From positions 22,730,303 to 22,794,302 of the forward strand of contig NC_057718.1 in the NCBI RefSeq assembly GCF_004010195.1: a stretch of 64,000 nt of DNA. The letters run 5' to 3'. The translations under genes were made by a program, and so were the position numbers. This stretch comes from Chiloscyllium plagiosum. Taxonomy: Eukaryota. This document shows positions 1 through 11,310 of the stretch, piece after piece. The notes beneath the pieces were generated by a model that saw only the letters and a list, made by a program, of their open reading frames with translations, had not been told where the DNA came from and made no database searches. Each line of letters begins with the position of its first letter. The stretch's first letter is position 1.

Positions 1-832
1 TTGTGATGGCAGCACGTGAACAGATTTGTATGGCAATTCTACCATAAAGAAATGGTAGAATTAATCCATTTTACCATCAAACAAAGTAATAAATTCTTCT
101 ACTAAAATACATATGGATGACTGCCATATCGTACATGACCACAAATGGTGATTCGTGGTCTATGAGTGTCAGAAATTCGTTCTGAATCTCTATCCTCCAA
201 ACTGAGTAAAGAAGAACGTGTAATAGATGCACAATGCACTAGCAGCAATGCAACCTTACTTATAAAAAGATTACACATTTTACTTTCTCAGAACAAAAGT
301 ATCTGCTTAATGTAATCTTTCGTGGTATTCTTTGTAGCCTAGAGATCAAAAGCTGAACTATTCCAAAAATGTTTATGAATACATACTTGATCTGGAAGCC
401 TCTATTTTGCTCATACACAAGCCAATCATACTGCTGCATTTTCCATTTTCAAAGTCGGACACATTTGTTTTTATTTTGTCCTTATCATCTTGACTTTGAA
501 CCATCCTTCAGTGTAATTTTCTTAAATACCATTCAATAGACATTGCCATTTAGTCATGATATATCTATCGCTTGTTCACTTGTTACGTGACTGTGTTAAA
601 ATGTACCAAAAATAATGTTGTGTTTCATGAATGCTAAATCACTCACTAACTACCACTGTTTGAGAAAGACGTTACTGCTTACCAAATTCTAAAACCAATC
701 AACCAAATTCGATTTTCAGCAGGTGGTAGGATTAGATATTAAAGAACAAAAAAGGACTTTTGAACTGCACAATTTTTTTCAAGTACCTTTTCAACAGCAC
801 TATATATTAAACCTATGTACCTGTGCATAAGG

Positions 833-868
833 ATATGTGTGTGTGTGTGCACGCGCGCGCGCATGTGT
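833..868. repeat. Alternating purine-pyrimidine tract (GT)n-(GC)n
   Basis: ATATGTGTGTGTGTGTGCACGCGCGCGCGCATGTGT. Confidence 0.9.
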
Positions 869-1203
869 TTGTTTGTTGAAAAAAGGTAATTATGTGTTGA
901 ATTGTTCATTTTGAATTCATTGCATAAATAAATGTTCAACACAGGGTTTGTTAGTTATTGAAAAATATTTTTTAAAATAACATAAACCCTTTGTTACTAA
1001 TTAAATATGAACTAAGAAGATGTGTATAATTATGTTTCTTTAATATATGGTTTTATTTTCGTGTGACTTTTACAATTCTGTTTTCCCCTCTTTCAACCTA
1101 CCCGATTCTTATAAAATTTAGAACGAAGTTGAGTATAATTTCTAATACCTAACCTCATCTTTTTTTTCTTTTGATTTCAATTGTTCTGTCTTCCCCTCCT
1201 CAG

Positions 1204-1221
1204 TCATCACTCATGAGCGCG
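1204..1221 (+). CDS. RYR2: Putative 18-nt RYR2 micro-exon (x-I-T-H-E-R-G), positional homologue of RYR1 ASII
   Basis: Branch-like CCTAAC and long pyrimidine tract, then CAG|TCATCACTCATGAGCGCG|GTAATT. Phase 1/1 matches the next exon. Peptide resembles RYR1 VINRQNG and RYR3 LIVRERG. Confidence 0.75.
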
Positions 1222-3237
1222 GTAATTATAACTCTGCCATTTCCTTTGTTACCTTGTGTCAGCACTGTACAGGTCCTGAACTCTGCCAATTTGCACTCTT
1301 TAGACATAGTTGTTAATACAAAAAAACAACATATATTTTTGTTTGTTTCTGCTTTAGAAAAGTTTAAGCCTTTTAGCCAACTTCACACCTGTTTTGCCTC
1401 TCTCTCAGGATTTGCACAGTAACTGGCACACTAGATGTAAGAATTGTGAGCCGTTAAGTGGCAGTGATGCGGTGGTTGGATGTGCCAAACTGTGGTGTAC
1501 AGTTACTGTAGTATTTGTTGTGTATTCAATGTGGCTTTATGGCTGCACCTGTCGATGTGCAAGTAACAACTAAAAGACTTTTAGTGTTAAATTTTGTACC
1601 TAATTTAATTTTTCAGTTGCTTTAAAAACTAAAATGCAATGGCGCTGGTTATTTGTTGTGATGCAGATGACATTTTTTGTGTGAGTTTACTGTGTGTTTT
1701 ACTATCTACCCTATTTTGCAACTGGGTTCCTTTGCATATCTTGCAATGTGAAGTTCAGGCAGAAAAGCCTTTGTATTGTTTTGGCTATTTAGGTTCAGCC
1801 TGTTAAACATAAAACTCCAGAAATCAGAATTGCATACTGGTTGCAGAAATGGAAAAATGTTTCATAACACAGACTGGAGATACTAGTCTTAAGAAAAGAA
1901 CGGTCAATTAGTTCTCAGTCAAAGTTTCCAAAGTGCGGATGCTGTTTTGCAAGGGTCTAATTTCATTGACCATGTTGAGAATTGTAGTCAACAAGAAAAG
2001 TCCCACTTTCAAAAAATTGAAAAAACTATTTTTATGGAATACAAAAAAAGATAGATCACCTCCATTGAGGTCCTCGGTGTCTGAAAATGAGAAAACAGGT
2101 TTAGTGAGGATCAAACTATCTCTGCAACCTATTTGAAATCTTTGGAATAGATTCACAGTTGTAATACCAGTCAATTATGAGTACTGATAATCGTAATAAA
2201 TGTTTTTAATATCACACATGTAAGATTCTGAACTGAGGTGACCGCTCAACATCTGAAGCAATTTATGCACTTGTTTTCTCTCCTGGATGTGGTTTCTACT
2301 CCATGTAAATAGCATTCAGAAGAGCAACCCCAATCTTGCATTAAAATTACATGAGAAACCTAATTGTAATTCCAATCTCCTATTACATCAATCCCATTTT
2401 TCACTAGGCCCATGGCCACAGAACAAAGATAATTTCCAATGTTTCTGGATCCAGTATGTTTTTTCAGCCAAAGTGTTTAAGATTAGTCAGTAATTGCATT
2501 CACATTCCACTAACTACCAACATTTCTGGTTTTTCTTTTCACTACATCGTTGTTTCACTTACTGTACTCCATCTGTAGTTATACATCTGAAAAGTCCCAT
2601 GTGAAGTCATAAAGCCATTAAGCATTAGCCTTTTTCATCATCCATGACTTATTGTGAGTTGTCTTCATATTTTAGAATTGTTGACATGGTTCATGGCCGA
2701 CGTCCAACAGGTTTGGTTCTGATGATTAGTTTAATTGATTAAAACTGAGCTCAGATGTTTGCTCCTTCATGGAGTTTGGTTAAATGTGATTGTTCAATTT
2801 GAAAGATTCAACACACAAGGTTTTATGAAGATTTATGACTCTCTGTGCTTAAAGGTGCAGAACCCCTACACCTTCATAACAAAAGTGACATTTGCTGAAG
2901 TTTGTAACTTGGAATACTCAACCAAATATTATTTTCTTATTATAAAAATACTTTATGCTACCCTCCTTTTCTTGCAATGTTTAAAATATGGTATAGTTGA
3001 GCAATGTTTTCAGTACAACAGTGGCCTAACAATGAGCCTTTGTTTGATATGTCCTTCTTCCCACAGTATACTCACAGGCACTTGCTCAATATCTTCCTGA
3101 GGCAGCACAGCAAAGACTGGGTACTCAGTGGAGTGGTGGAACCAGCTTTTAATACTTAACTTTGAACAGTGTTCCATTACCCAACTATGCTGAGTTTGTG
3201 AGGACAGGACTGCTTCTATAACAGTAGACTTCAAGTG

Positions 3238-3953
3238 AATAAGACCATAAGACATAGGAGTGGAAGTAAGGCCATTCGGCCCATCGAGTCCACTCCGCCA
3301 TTCAATCATGGCTGATGTGCATTTCAGCTCCACTTACCAGCGTTCTCCCCGTAGCCCTTAATTCCTCTAGACAACAAGAATCTATCAATCTCGGCTTTGA
3401 AGACATTTAGCGTCCCGGCTTCCACTGCACTCCGTGGCAATGAATTCCACAGGCCCACCACTCTCTGGCTGAAGAAATGTCTCCGCATTTCTGTTCTGAA
3501 ATGACCCCCTCTAATTCTAAGGCTGTGTCCACGGGTCCTAGTCTCCTCGTCTAACGGAAACAATTTCCGAGCATCCACCTTTTCCAAACCATGTATTATT
3601 TTGTACGTCTCTATTAAGTCTCCCCTTAATCTTCTAAACTCCAAAGAATACAATCCCAGTATCCTCAGCCGTTCCTCATATGTTAGACCTGTCATTCCAG
3701 GGATCATCCGTGTGAACCTCCGCTGGACACGTTCCAGTGCCAGTATGTCCTTCCTGAGGTACTGGACACAGTACTCCAAATGGTTAGAAAGTAGTCCATG
3801 CTTGTATTCTTTTTTCCAAAGTGCAAGACCTCGCACTTGCTCACGTTAAATTCCATCAGCCATTTCCTGGACCACTCTCCCAACCTGTCTAGATCCTTCT
3901 GTAGCCTCCCCACTTCCTCAGTACTACCTGCCTGTCCACCTAACTTCGTATCA
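3238..3953 (-). mobile_element. CR1-clade LINE 3' fragment with internal deletions
   Basis: ORFs 3324-3836 and 3704-3913 encode the CR1 ORF2 C-terminus (LERVQRRFTRMIPG, RRLRGDLIETYKI); TCTTATG-type tail. Confidence 0.93.
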
Positions 3954-4183
3954 CAATAGATACGGCTTGGGGAATCTCCACAAATTTCAGTTTATCAAAA
4001 TATATTAAGGCCTGTTTCCTTTCTTTATAGCTATGTATTCCATTACATGGAATACAGGTGTCATGCAGGTGTTCAATTTTCTCCTGTCTTCCATTGAGAT
4101 CCATCCTGAACTCAGCCAATTCAAATATCAATGTTAAGAAAAACATTAAGATGAACGTGGTTTGGCTGTTAGATTCTGGAGTA

Positions 4184-4490
4184 TTAGATTAGATTACTTA
4201 CAGTGTGGAAACAGGCCCTTCGGCCCAACAAGTCCACACCGACCCGCCGAAGCGCAACCCACCCATACCCCTACCTTTACCCCTTTAACCTAACACTACG
4301 GACAATTCAGCATGGCCAATTCACCTGACCCGCACATCTTTGGACTGTGGGAGGAAACCGGAGCACCCGGAGGAAACCCACGCAGACACGGGGAGAATGT
4401 GCAAACTCCACACAGTCAGTCGCCTGAGTCGGGAATTGAACCCGGGTCTACAGGCGCTGTGAGGCAGCAGTGCTAACCACTGTGCCGCCC
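4184..4490 (-). mobile_element. HE1-type tRNA-derived V-SINE, full length
   Basis: A/B-box head, V-domain (GTGGAGTTTGCACATTCTCCCCGTG...), CR1-derived tail with (TAATC)n; GAGTATT TSD at 4179 and 4493. Confidence 0.9.
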
Positions 4491-4984
4491 ATGAGTATTG
4501 TTTTGGACATCTCAAGCACATTTGCAAGTTTACACAAGCTCCTGTAAATTTCCTTTTCTGTACACGTTCAATCTCAAAGAGCTGCATGACACATTGGATT
4601 CAATATGAGACTATTGAAGAAAAGATCAAGAACTATAATTTAAATTAAAGATTCAGCACTCACCCTTTTACAATCATCTCAACTTATGTCCTGTAAGACA
4701 CTCCTTGCCCACTTGGATTCACAACTAAATTAGCAAGAAGCAGCTATATCTCTGAACCTAGCTTTGCAGAATCATCATCCTTAGAGCTCATGTAATTACA
4801 TATTTAACTAAGCAAGCAACCTAATTAACACTGTAGCCCCAATGTTCCCAATGTGTCATTAATGAAGCATCATGAAAGGCCAGCCTCTGCTTTTGACCAA
4901 GTTAGTGCATTTTAGAAAAATTGAAATTATTATGAATCATCAAATGTTTTGCATTTTAAATCCTTACACATGCATATACAAGGG

Positions 4985-5173
4985 TCGAGAGTGTGGTGCT
5001 GCAAAAGCACAGCTGGCCAGGAAGCATCTGAGGAGGAGAATCAACATTTTGGGCGTAAGCCCTTCATCAGGCCTTCGATGCTCCTGCTCCTGGGATGCTG
5101 CCTGACCAGTTGTGCTTCTCCAGCACCACAATCTCGACTCTGATCTCCAGCATTTGCAGTCCTCAGTTTCTCC
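4985..5173. mobile_element. Palindromic Penelope-derived short element, family A, with decayed hammerhead on - strand
   Basis: Inverted arms; - strand CTGATGAAGGGCTTACGCCCAAAATGTTG; decayed ~14-bp TSD. Confidence 0.75.
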
Positions 5174-5442
5174 TATATGCACATACACGGCTGTCTTGTT
5201 TATGTATTTGAATATATATATAAATAATTATAAAATATATAAGTTCAGGGGAGTCAATAAACATTGGCAATAGCCATGTCAACTTCTAAAATTGTTTTCA
5301 TGTGTTTTATTTTGAGTGTTTTCAGGTTTCATTTTTAATAGTCATATGCGTGCTGTTTTCATTTGTTCTCTATCTGTGAAGTGCACTGTGTGGGCTTCTG
5401 ATAGAACAGTAGCTATGATTAGCCAATATTGGGAAACTAGGT

Positions 5443-5502
5443 GATATATATATATATATACATTTATATATATATATATATATATATATAAATATAAATA
5501 TA
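5443..5502. repeat. (TA)n microsatellite, interrupted
   Basis: Direct reading. Confidence 0.95.
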
Positions 5503-5607
5503 TTTGTAATGTAATTAAAAGTGTGCAAACGATTTAGATTTAGGATGCACATTGCCAGGCTCCTGATACTGACGCACTGCACTCTCACTATCACTGACAT
5601 CTTGTAG

Positions 5608-5688
5608 GTGAGAAGGTGATGCAGGATGATGAGTTTACGTGTGATCTCTTTCGATTTCTCCAGCTGCTCTGTGAAGGTCACAACTCAG
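5608..5688 (+). CDS. RYR2: RYR2 exon (human exon 85 equivalent), [27 protein letters not shown]; holds the Ca2+-site Glu/His of CEGHN
   Basis: TAG|GTGAG...TCAG|GTGTGT, 81 nt; hand translation matches RYR2. Confidence 0.96.
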
Positions 5689-6596
5689 GTGTGTAACAAA
5701 GGCTGCGTGTGTGCTCATTGGTCAAGGGACAATGCATTATACTACAGTTGAAAAACTGATGGCTTTTGTATTCACATTTAGTTTTGCCTTTTAACTGGTA
5801 AACTATTGATGTAGTAATTGTGATGAAAACCGACTTTGAAGTTGAAAGGATTTTTGCATCATTGAGGCCAGGAATGTACAATCTTTGGGGTGGAAACCAG
5901 ATATGTATTTCAAGGACCATGTAAGATTATGCGAGATGTAAATTTGGGAATTTCACATGCACCGAAATTCCAAACCAACCCATTGTACAAAAAACATAAA
6001 AATGCCAGACTCTCAATGGTAAAATATAAGGCCCACATACACAAATTTATGAAAAGACAAACACAGAAAAATATGAGATTCTTTATAGAAAATAATAATC
6101 CTATCTATGTTCACAAGTTATAAAATCCCAATTTAGTCCCAATGCACTAAAGAGTGACATGACCCAGACAAACCAAAAGTGATTAATAAAAATAGCCTTT
6201 TTGTACAGAAACAGAGCAAAGACATCCCTTAACAGAAAAAATAACAAAACTTGTCTCTACATAAAATAATAAGACTTCAGTAAACGAGAAGTGGCAAAAC
6301 TCACCAGACGTCATAAAATGAGACCTTCTCTCTTACTAAAGACAAGGGCCTCCATAAATAAAATTAGCAAGATTGCCTCACAAAACATTTGCAAGAAAAA
6401 TGTAGAGATAACAGGCCAATTCTTCGATACTCCAGATTGGACTATCATTATTGATTGCTCTTGTTACCTTTGGGTTGCTATTTAAATAGTATCAGTCTGT
6501 TATTCTTAACCTGCCCATGTGCTGTAGTTATTATAAGATACATCATTGTTTTGGATCCCAGCTCACATTTAAAATGTTGATTTTATTTGTCTAAAG

Positions 6597-6685
6597 ATTT
6601 CCAGAATTATCTACGAACCCAGACGGGCAACAACACAACAGTCAATATCATCATTTCAACTGTGGACTACCTCTTGAGAGTTCAG
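6597..6685 (+). CDS. RYR2: RYR2 exon (~86), [30 protein letters not shown]
   Basis: AAG|ATTTCC...CAG|GTACTG, 89 nt, phase-consistent. Confidence 0.97.
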
Positions 6686-7164
6686 GTACTGTGTGTCAGA
6701 GATAATTCATCCTGGTTAGAGCAGATCTTGAGCAAAGAAAGCGTGCATGTTCAGTAGTATGTAAGTATTATGCAACCTATTCCCTGTTTTAACCAACAGT
6801 CAGATTCCGGTGGCCAGGAGACAGGTGGCAAATGTGCTGGACTTCAGTGATGTGAGGTTTGGGAAATTGAAGCTCCTGAGATACATCTGTGTGTTGCCAG
6901 CCAGCTGTTTGCTCCAAATGTGTGAAATGTGACATCTGAGTGAGACTGGGCTATCGTTGGACTGACAGGAGGCCCACTGATGGTATAGAAAAAACTGCAA
7001 CCAGGAGTTTTGGGAGGCTTTTGCAGGAAATAGATAGCCCAGGACAGGAAGGGCCTGAATGTTTCCTATGAGATTCCAAAACAGCACACCTGTGGACAAA
7101 TAAGGGAAAAAGAAATTTGCATTGAATGTGCTCTTCCAGCCTCAGATGCTTCACACTGTTTTAT

Positions 7165-7470
7165 TGGCAGATGTAGTGCAGTTGGTAGCATTTCTGCCTC
7201 TGAACCACAAGTTCCTGGGTTTGAGTTCCACTCTGAAAGCTTAAGTGAATATAAGAAGACCAATGCTGACCATCCTGTTTGATACTGAAGGAACACAAAA
7301 GTGATGGATGTGTCATCCTGTTAGACATAATGCTAAACTAATGCCTAACCTGCATGGTCAGGTAGGTATATAAGATCCTTGAGTATCATTTCGAAGAATG
7401 GGCAAGGGTGTTCTGGCCCATAGTTATTGCTCAGTCAACATTACAGGAAAAAAGAACATCTGATCTTTGC
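7165..7470 (+). mobile_element. Old tRNA-derived SINE (DeuSINE/SacSINE1-like), degraded
   Basis: tRNA-like head (GCAGTTGGTAGC...GGGTTTGAGTTCCAC); similar heads near 19795 and 26365. Confidence 0.5.
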
Positions 7471-8029
7471 CATAATACCAGATTCATAATAAATCTAAAC
7501 AATATGTTGGTGGAATATGAATGTTTACCTGTGATGCCAAAACAACTAAAATGGAAGTCAAAGTCAAAATGACTCCATTTCTCAAGGCACAGTTTATAAT
7601 GTGGTCACAGCCTGATGATACACTTCATGTATGAGTTAAAGTGATATTAATTGGTTGCTCTCTCTGTAGGTGGGAAATTTGTAGGTGAGTTGCCTGGCTG
7701 ATTTTAACTGACCACCTGTATGCTTTCTGTTGGCCAAGTCAGGTATAAGTGGCCTTACTTTAGCCCCTGAATTAATTGGAATCTCATGAGAGAACTAATC
7801 TTCAAATGATCTGAATTCTGCTGAAGCTGGTGCCTTAAATAAATAAAGGCATTGATTTTTACCCTGGGTGGATGAGGAGCATAAAGCTTATTTAGTGTTT
7901 AAATAGACATCAAATACTGGCATCACCAGCAAAGCTCACATCCCATGAAGAAATGAAAGGATAAGACTAAGCTTGTCTCCCACTCAGAGCTGGCATCACT
8001 GACCTCAGGCTGTCTGTGCACAACAGCTA

Positions 8030-8207
8030 AATAAATGTCTTTAAGAGATAGATTCTTAATCAGTAAGGGGATCAAAGGCTACAGAGAGAAGGCAGGAGAA
8101 TACGGTTGAAAAACATTTCAGCTATGATTGAATGGTGGAGTGGATTTAACGGGCAAAATGGCCTAATTCTGCTCCTCTATCTTATGGTCATATGTTATGG
8201 TCTTATG
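8030..8207 (+). mobile_element. CR1 LINE extreme 3' end
   Basis: GATAGATTCTT...GGGATCAAAGG...CTTATGGTC tail shared with other CR1 copies. Confidence 0.8.
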
Positions 8208-8839
8208 CTGCAGCTGGGGATCCACTGGGACAGTCTCCCAAAGGGAAGATGAAGAATGGGGAATGGATCTCCTGCATTCCTTGTAGAGCACTCATGATTT
8301 CCAGGCTTTGATGTACTTTCAACATCCATGAAACTAGCCTGCCTGGAAAGAGGAACACACATTACGAGAAATGTATCTGGTAAAATGAAATGGGACACTT
8401 GTACATTGCGGCTGAGGCAAGTCAATATTTCACAATGTATTCCTTGTAGGCTGTCCAACCATCCATACCTTGGTCAGTTTTTAAACTGCAACTTGTTCAA
8501 TACTTTTATTAGTTGGTTGTTCTCTCTGGCAGGTCCTTCATGCTGCTTCCTGAATATAGAAGCAACAGAGTTATTAAGCAGAGCAATGTTTTAGATCTGT
8601 GACCCATCATGAAAACTTCTGTAATCCTCTCATCAGAAAGTTCTCATGGACAGTCACATGAAATGTTAAGTCTGTTTTTCTTTCCACAGTTGTTGGCAGT
8701 GTTTCCAGCATTTCCTGTTTTTACTTACAGAAATTACAGTATTTTGCTTTTGTATATATTAAGCATCTTTGCCAATCTTATATTTTCCTGATTATTTATT
8801 TTCTTATAGATCCCACCCTTTCTTGTCTACCTTTTACTT

Positions 8840-9186
8840 TGAATGGGATAGGATAAATAGACAAAGTCTTTTCCCTGGGGTCGGGGAGTCCAGAACTAGA
8901 GGGCATAGGTTTAGGGTGAGAGGGGAAAGATATAAATGAGACCGAAGGGGCAACTTTTTCACGCAGAGGGTGGTACGTGTATGGAATGAGCTGCCAGAGG
9001 AAGTGGTGGAGGCTGGTACAATTGCAACATTTAAGAGGAATTTGAATGGGTATATGAATAGGAAGGGTTTGGAGGGATATGGGCTGGGTGCTGGCAGGTG
9101 GGACTAGATTGGGTTGGGATACCTGGTTAGCATGGACAGGTTGGATTGAAGGGTCTGTTTCCATGCTGTACATCTCTATGACTCTA
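8840..9186 (+). mobile_element. HER1/CR1 LINE 3' fragment
   Basis: Encodes TRGHRFRVRG...FFTQRVV; CTCTATGACTCTA tail. Confidence 0.9.
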
Positions 9187-9667
9187 GAAGAGCCTTTCTC
9201 GACATGTTTTATGTTGGTTACAGTACAGAACTAGAACAGTAGCTTTTAGCTACAATTTGTAAATAATGTTAGCTGCTAATTTCTCTTTATATTTCTCAAC
9301 CTTTATTATTGCAATTGATTGTTGTGGTTCTGTTCGCCGAGCTGGGAATTTGTGTTGCAAATTCTAGGTGACATCCTCAGTGCTTGGGAGCCTCCTGTGA
9401 AGCGCTTCTGTGATGTTTCCTCCAGCATTTGTAGTGGTTTGAATCTGTCGCTTCCAGTTGTCAGTTCCAGCTGTCCGCTGCAGTGGCCGGTATATTGGGT
9501 CCAGGTCGATGTGCTTATTGATTGAATCTGTGGATGAGTGCCATGCCTCTAGGAATTCCCTGGCTGTTCTCTGTTTGGCTTGTCCTATAATAGTAGTGTT
9601 GTCCCAGCCGAACTAATGTTGCTTGTCATCTGAGTATGTGGCTACTAAGGATAGCTGGTCGTGTCAT

Positions 9668-10228
9668 NNNNNNNNNNNNNNNNNNNNNNNNNNNNNNNNN
9701 NNNNNNNNNNNNNNNNNNNNNNNNNNNNNNNNNNNNNNNNNNNNNNNNNNNNNNNNNNNNNNNNNNNNNNNNNNNNNNNNNNNNNNNNNNNNNNNNNNNN
9801 NNNNNNNNNNNNNNNNNNNNNNNNNNNNNNNNNNNNNNNNNNNNNNNNNNNNNNNNNNNNNNNNNNNNNNNNNNNNNNNNNNNNNNNNNNNNNNNNNNNN
9901 NNNNNNNNNNNNNNNNNNNNNNNNNNNNNNNNNNNNNNNNNNNNNNNNNNNNNNNNNNNNNNNNNNNNNNNNNNNNNNNNNNNNNNNNNNNNNNNNNNNN
10001 NNNNNNNNNNNNNNNNNNNNNNNNNNNNNNNNNNNNNNNNNNNNNNNNNNNNNNNNNNNNNNNNNNNNNNNNNNNNNNNNNNNNNNNNNNNNNNNNNNNN
10101 NNNNNNNNNNNNNNNNNNNNNNNNNNNNNNNNNNNNNNNNNNNNNNNNNNNNNNNNNNNNNNNNNNNNNNNNNNNNNNNNNNNNNNNNNNNNNNNNNNNN
10201 NNNNNNNNNNNNNNNNNNNNNNNNNNNN
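9668..10228. other. Assembly gap (561 N)
   Basis: Run of N. Confidence 1.
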
Positions 10229-10550
10229 CAGCTAACGATCTGCATCCATGAACACCAATTAGCCACGAAATGACGCGACCAGCTATCCTTAGTAGCCACA
10301 TACTCAGATGACAAGCAACATTAGTTCGGCTGGGACAACACTACTATTATAGGACAAGCCAAACAGAGAACAGCCAGGGAATTCCTAGAGGCATGGCACT
10401 CATCCACAGATTCAATCAATAAGCACATCGACCTGGACCCAATATACTGACCACTGTAACGGACAGCTGGAACTGACAATCGGAACCGGATTCAAATCAC
10501 TATAAATGCCGGAGGAAACATCACAGAAGCGCTTCACAGGAGGGTCCCAA

Positions 10551-10590
10551 GCACTGAGGATATCACCTAGACAGGGGATGAAACGTCTGC
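10551..10590 (+). ncRNA. Minimal type I hammerhead ribozyme motif
   Basis: GCA-CUGAGGA-U-AUCACCU/AGAC/AGGGGAU-GAAA-CG-UC^UGC; stem I GCA/UGC; palindromic helix III. Confidence 0.8.
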
Positions 10591-10757
10591 AACACAAATT
10601 CCCAGCTCAGCAAACAGAACCACAACAACGAGCACTCGAGCTACAAATCTTCTCCCAAACTTTGAATTGCAATTGATTTTCTAAGGTTGCCAACCTTAAT
10701 TTTTCAGACGACTCTGAAGCCCATGTGAATTATCAAGGTTTGGCAATGTGCACTTTC

Positions 10758-10853
10758 CTCATTCCTGAAGAAAGGCTCATGCCCGAAACGTTGATTCTCC
10801 TGCTCCTTGTATGCTGCCTGACCTGCTGCGCTTTTCCAGCAACACATTTTCAG
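10758..10853 (+). mobile_element. Penelope-derived family A fragment with hammerhead core (10765-10792)
   Basis: CTGAAGA-AAGGCTCATGCCC-GAAA-CG-TT-GATTCTCC followed by the family A body. Confidence 0.75.
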
Positions 10854-11019
10854 CAATGTGCAGTTTTGTGTTGATTTAATAAACAACAGTCATTGGTTTA
10901 CAAATAATAGCAGGTCCAAGGTCCCATAATGAGATGAGATGTATTATGATGGATGAGGGGGGAATCTAATTTAATCTTACAGAATACTGAACAGCCTGGA
11001 CAGAGTGGGTGTTTGGGAA

Positions 11020-11310
11020 GCCTGGGACACAGGCTGACAATGAAGGGAAGACCCTATAAAAGAGAGATGAGAAGTTATTTCATCAGCCAGAGACTGGTGA
11101 ATCTATGGAGTTCATTACAACAGAATGCTGTGGAGACCAGGTCAGTGAGCATATTTAAGACAGAGATAGATAGATTCTTGATTGTCAAGGGGATCAAAGG
11201 CTACAGGAGAAAGTGGGAGAATGGGGTTGACAAACATGATTTGAATAGTAGAGCAGACTTGATGGGCCAAATGCCTAATTTCTGCTCCAATATCTTATGG
11301 TCTTATGAAT
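11020..11310 (+). mobile_element. CR1 LINE 3' fragment
   Basis: ORF 10953-11324 (FISQRLVNLWSSL..FKTEIDRFL). Confidence 0.85.

Larger units (their letters stand above)
9321..10665. mobile_element. Penelope-like element with inverted arms, GIY-YIG C-terminal remnant and hammerhead, interrupted by a gap
   Basis: 9321-9667 is the diverged reverse complement of ~10270-10625. Remnant reads IHEHQLATK..WDNTTIIGQAKQRTAREFLEAWHS. TSD ATTGCAATTGATT at 9308-9320 and 10666-10678. Confidence 0.85.

Noticed and set aside
4420..4490. tRNA genes at SINE heads (also 19922, 47743, 51148, 55563)
   Set aside because: A/B boxes run into SINE bodies and no complete cloverleaf is evident.
9623..10314. Several ~200-aa ORFs
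   Set aside because: Artefacts of translating through the N gap.
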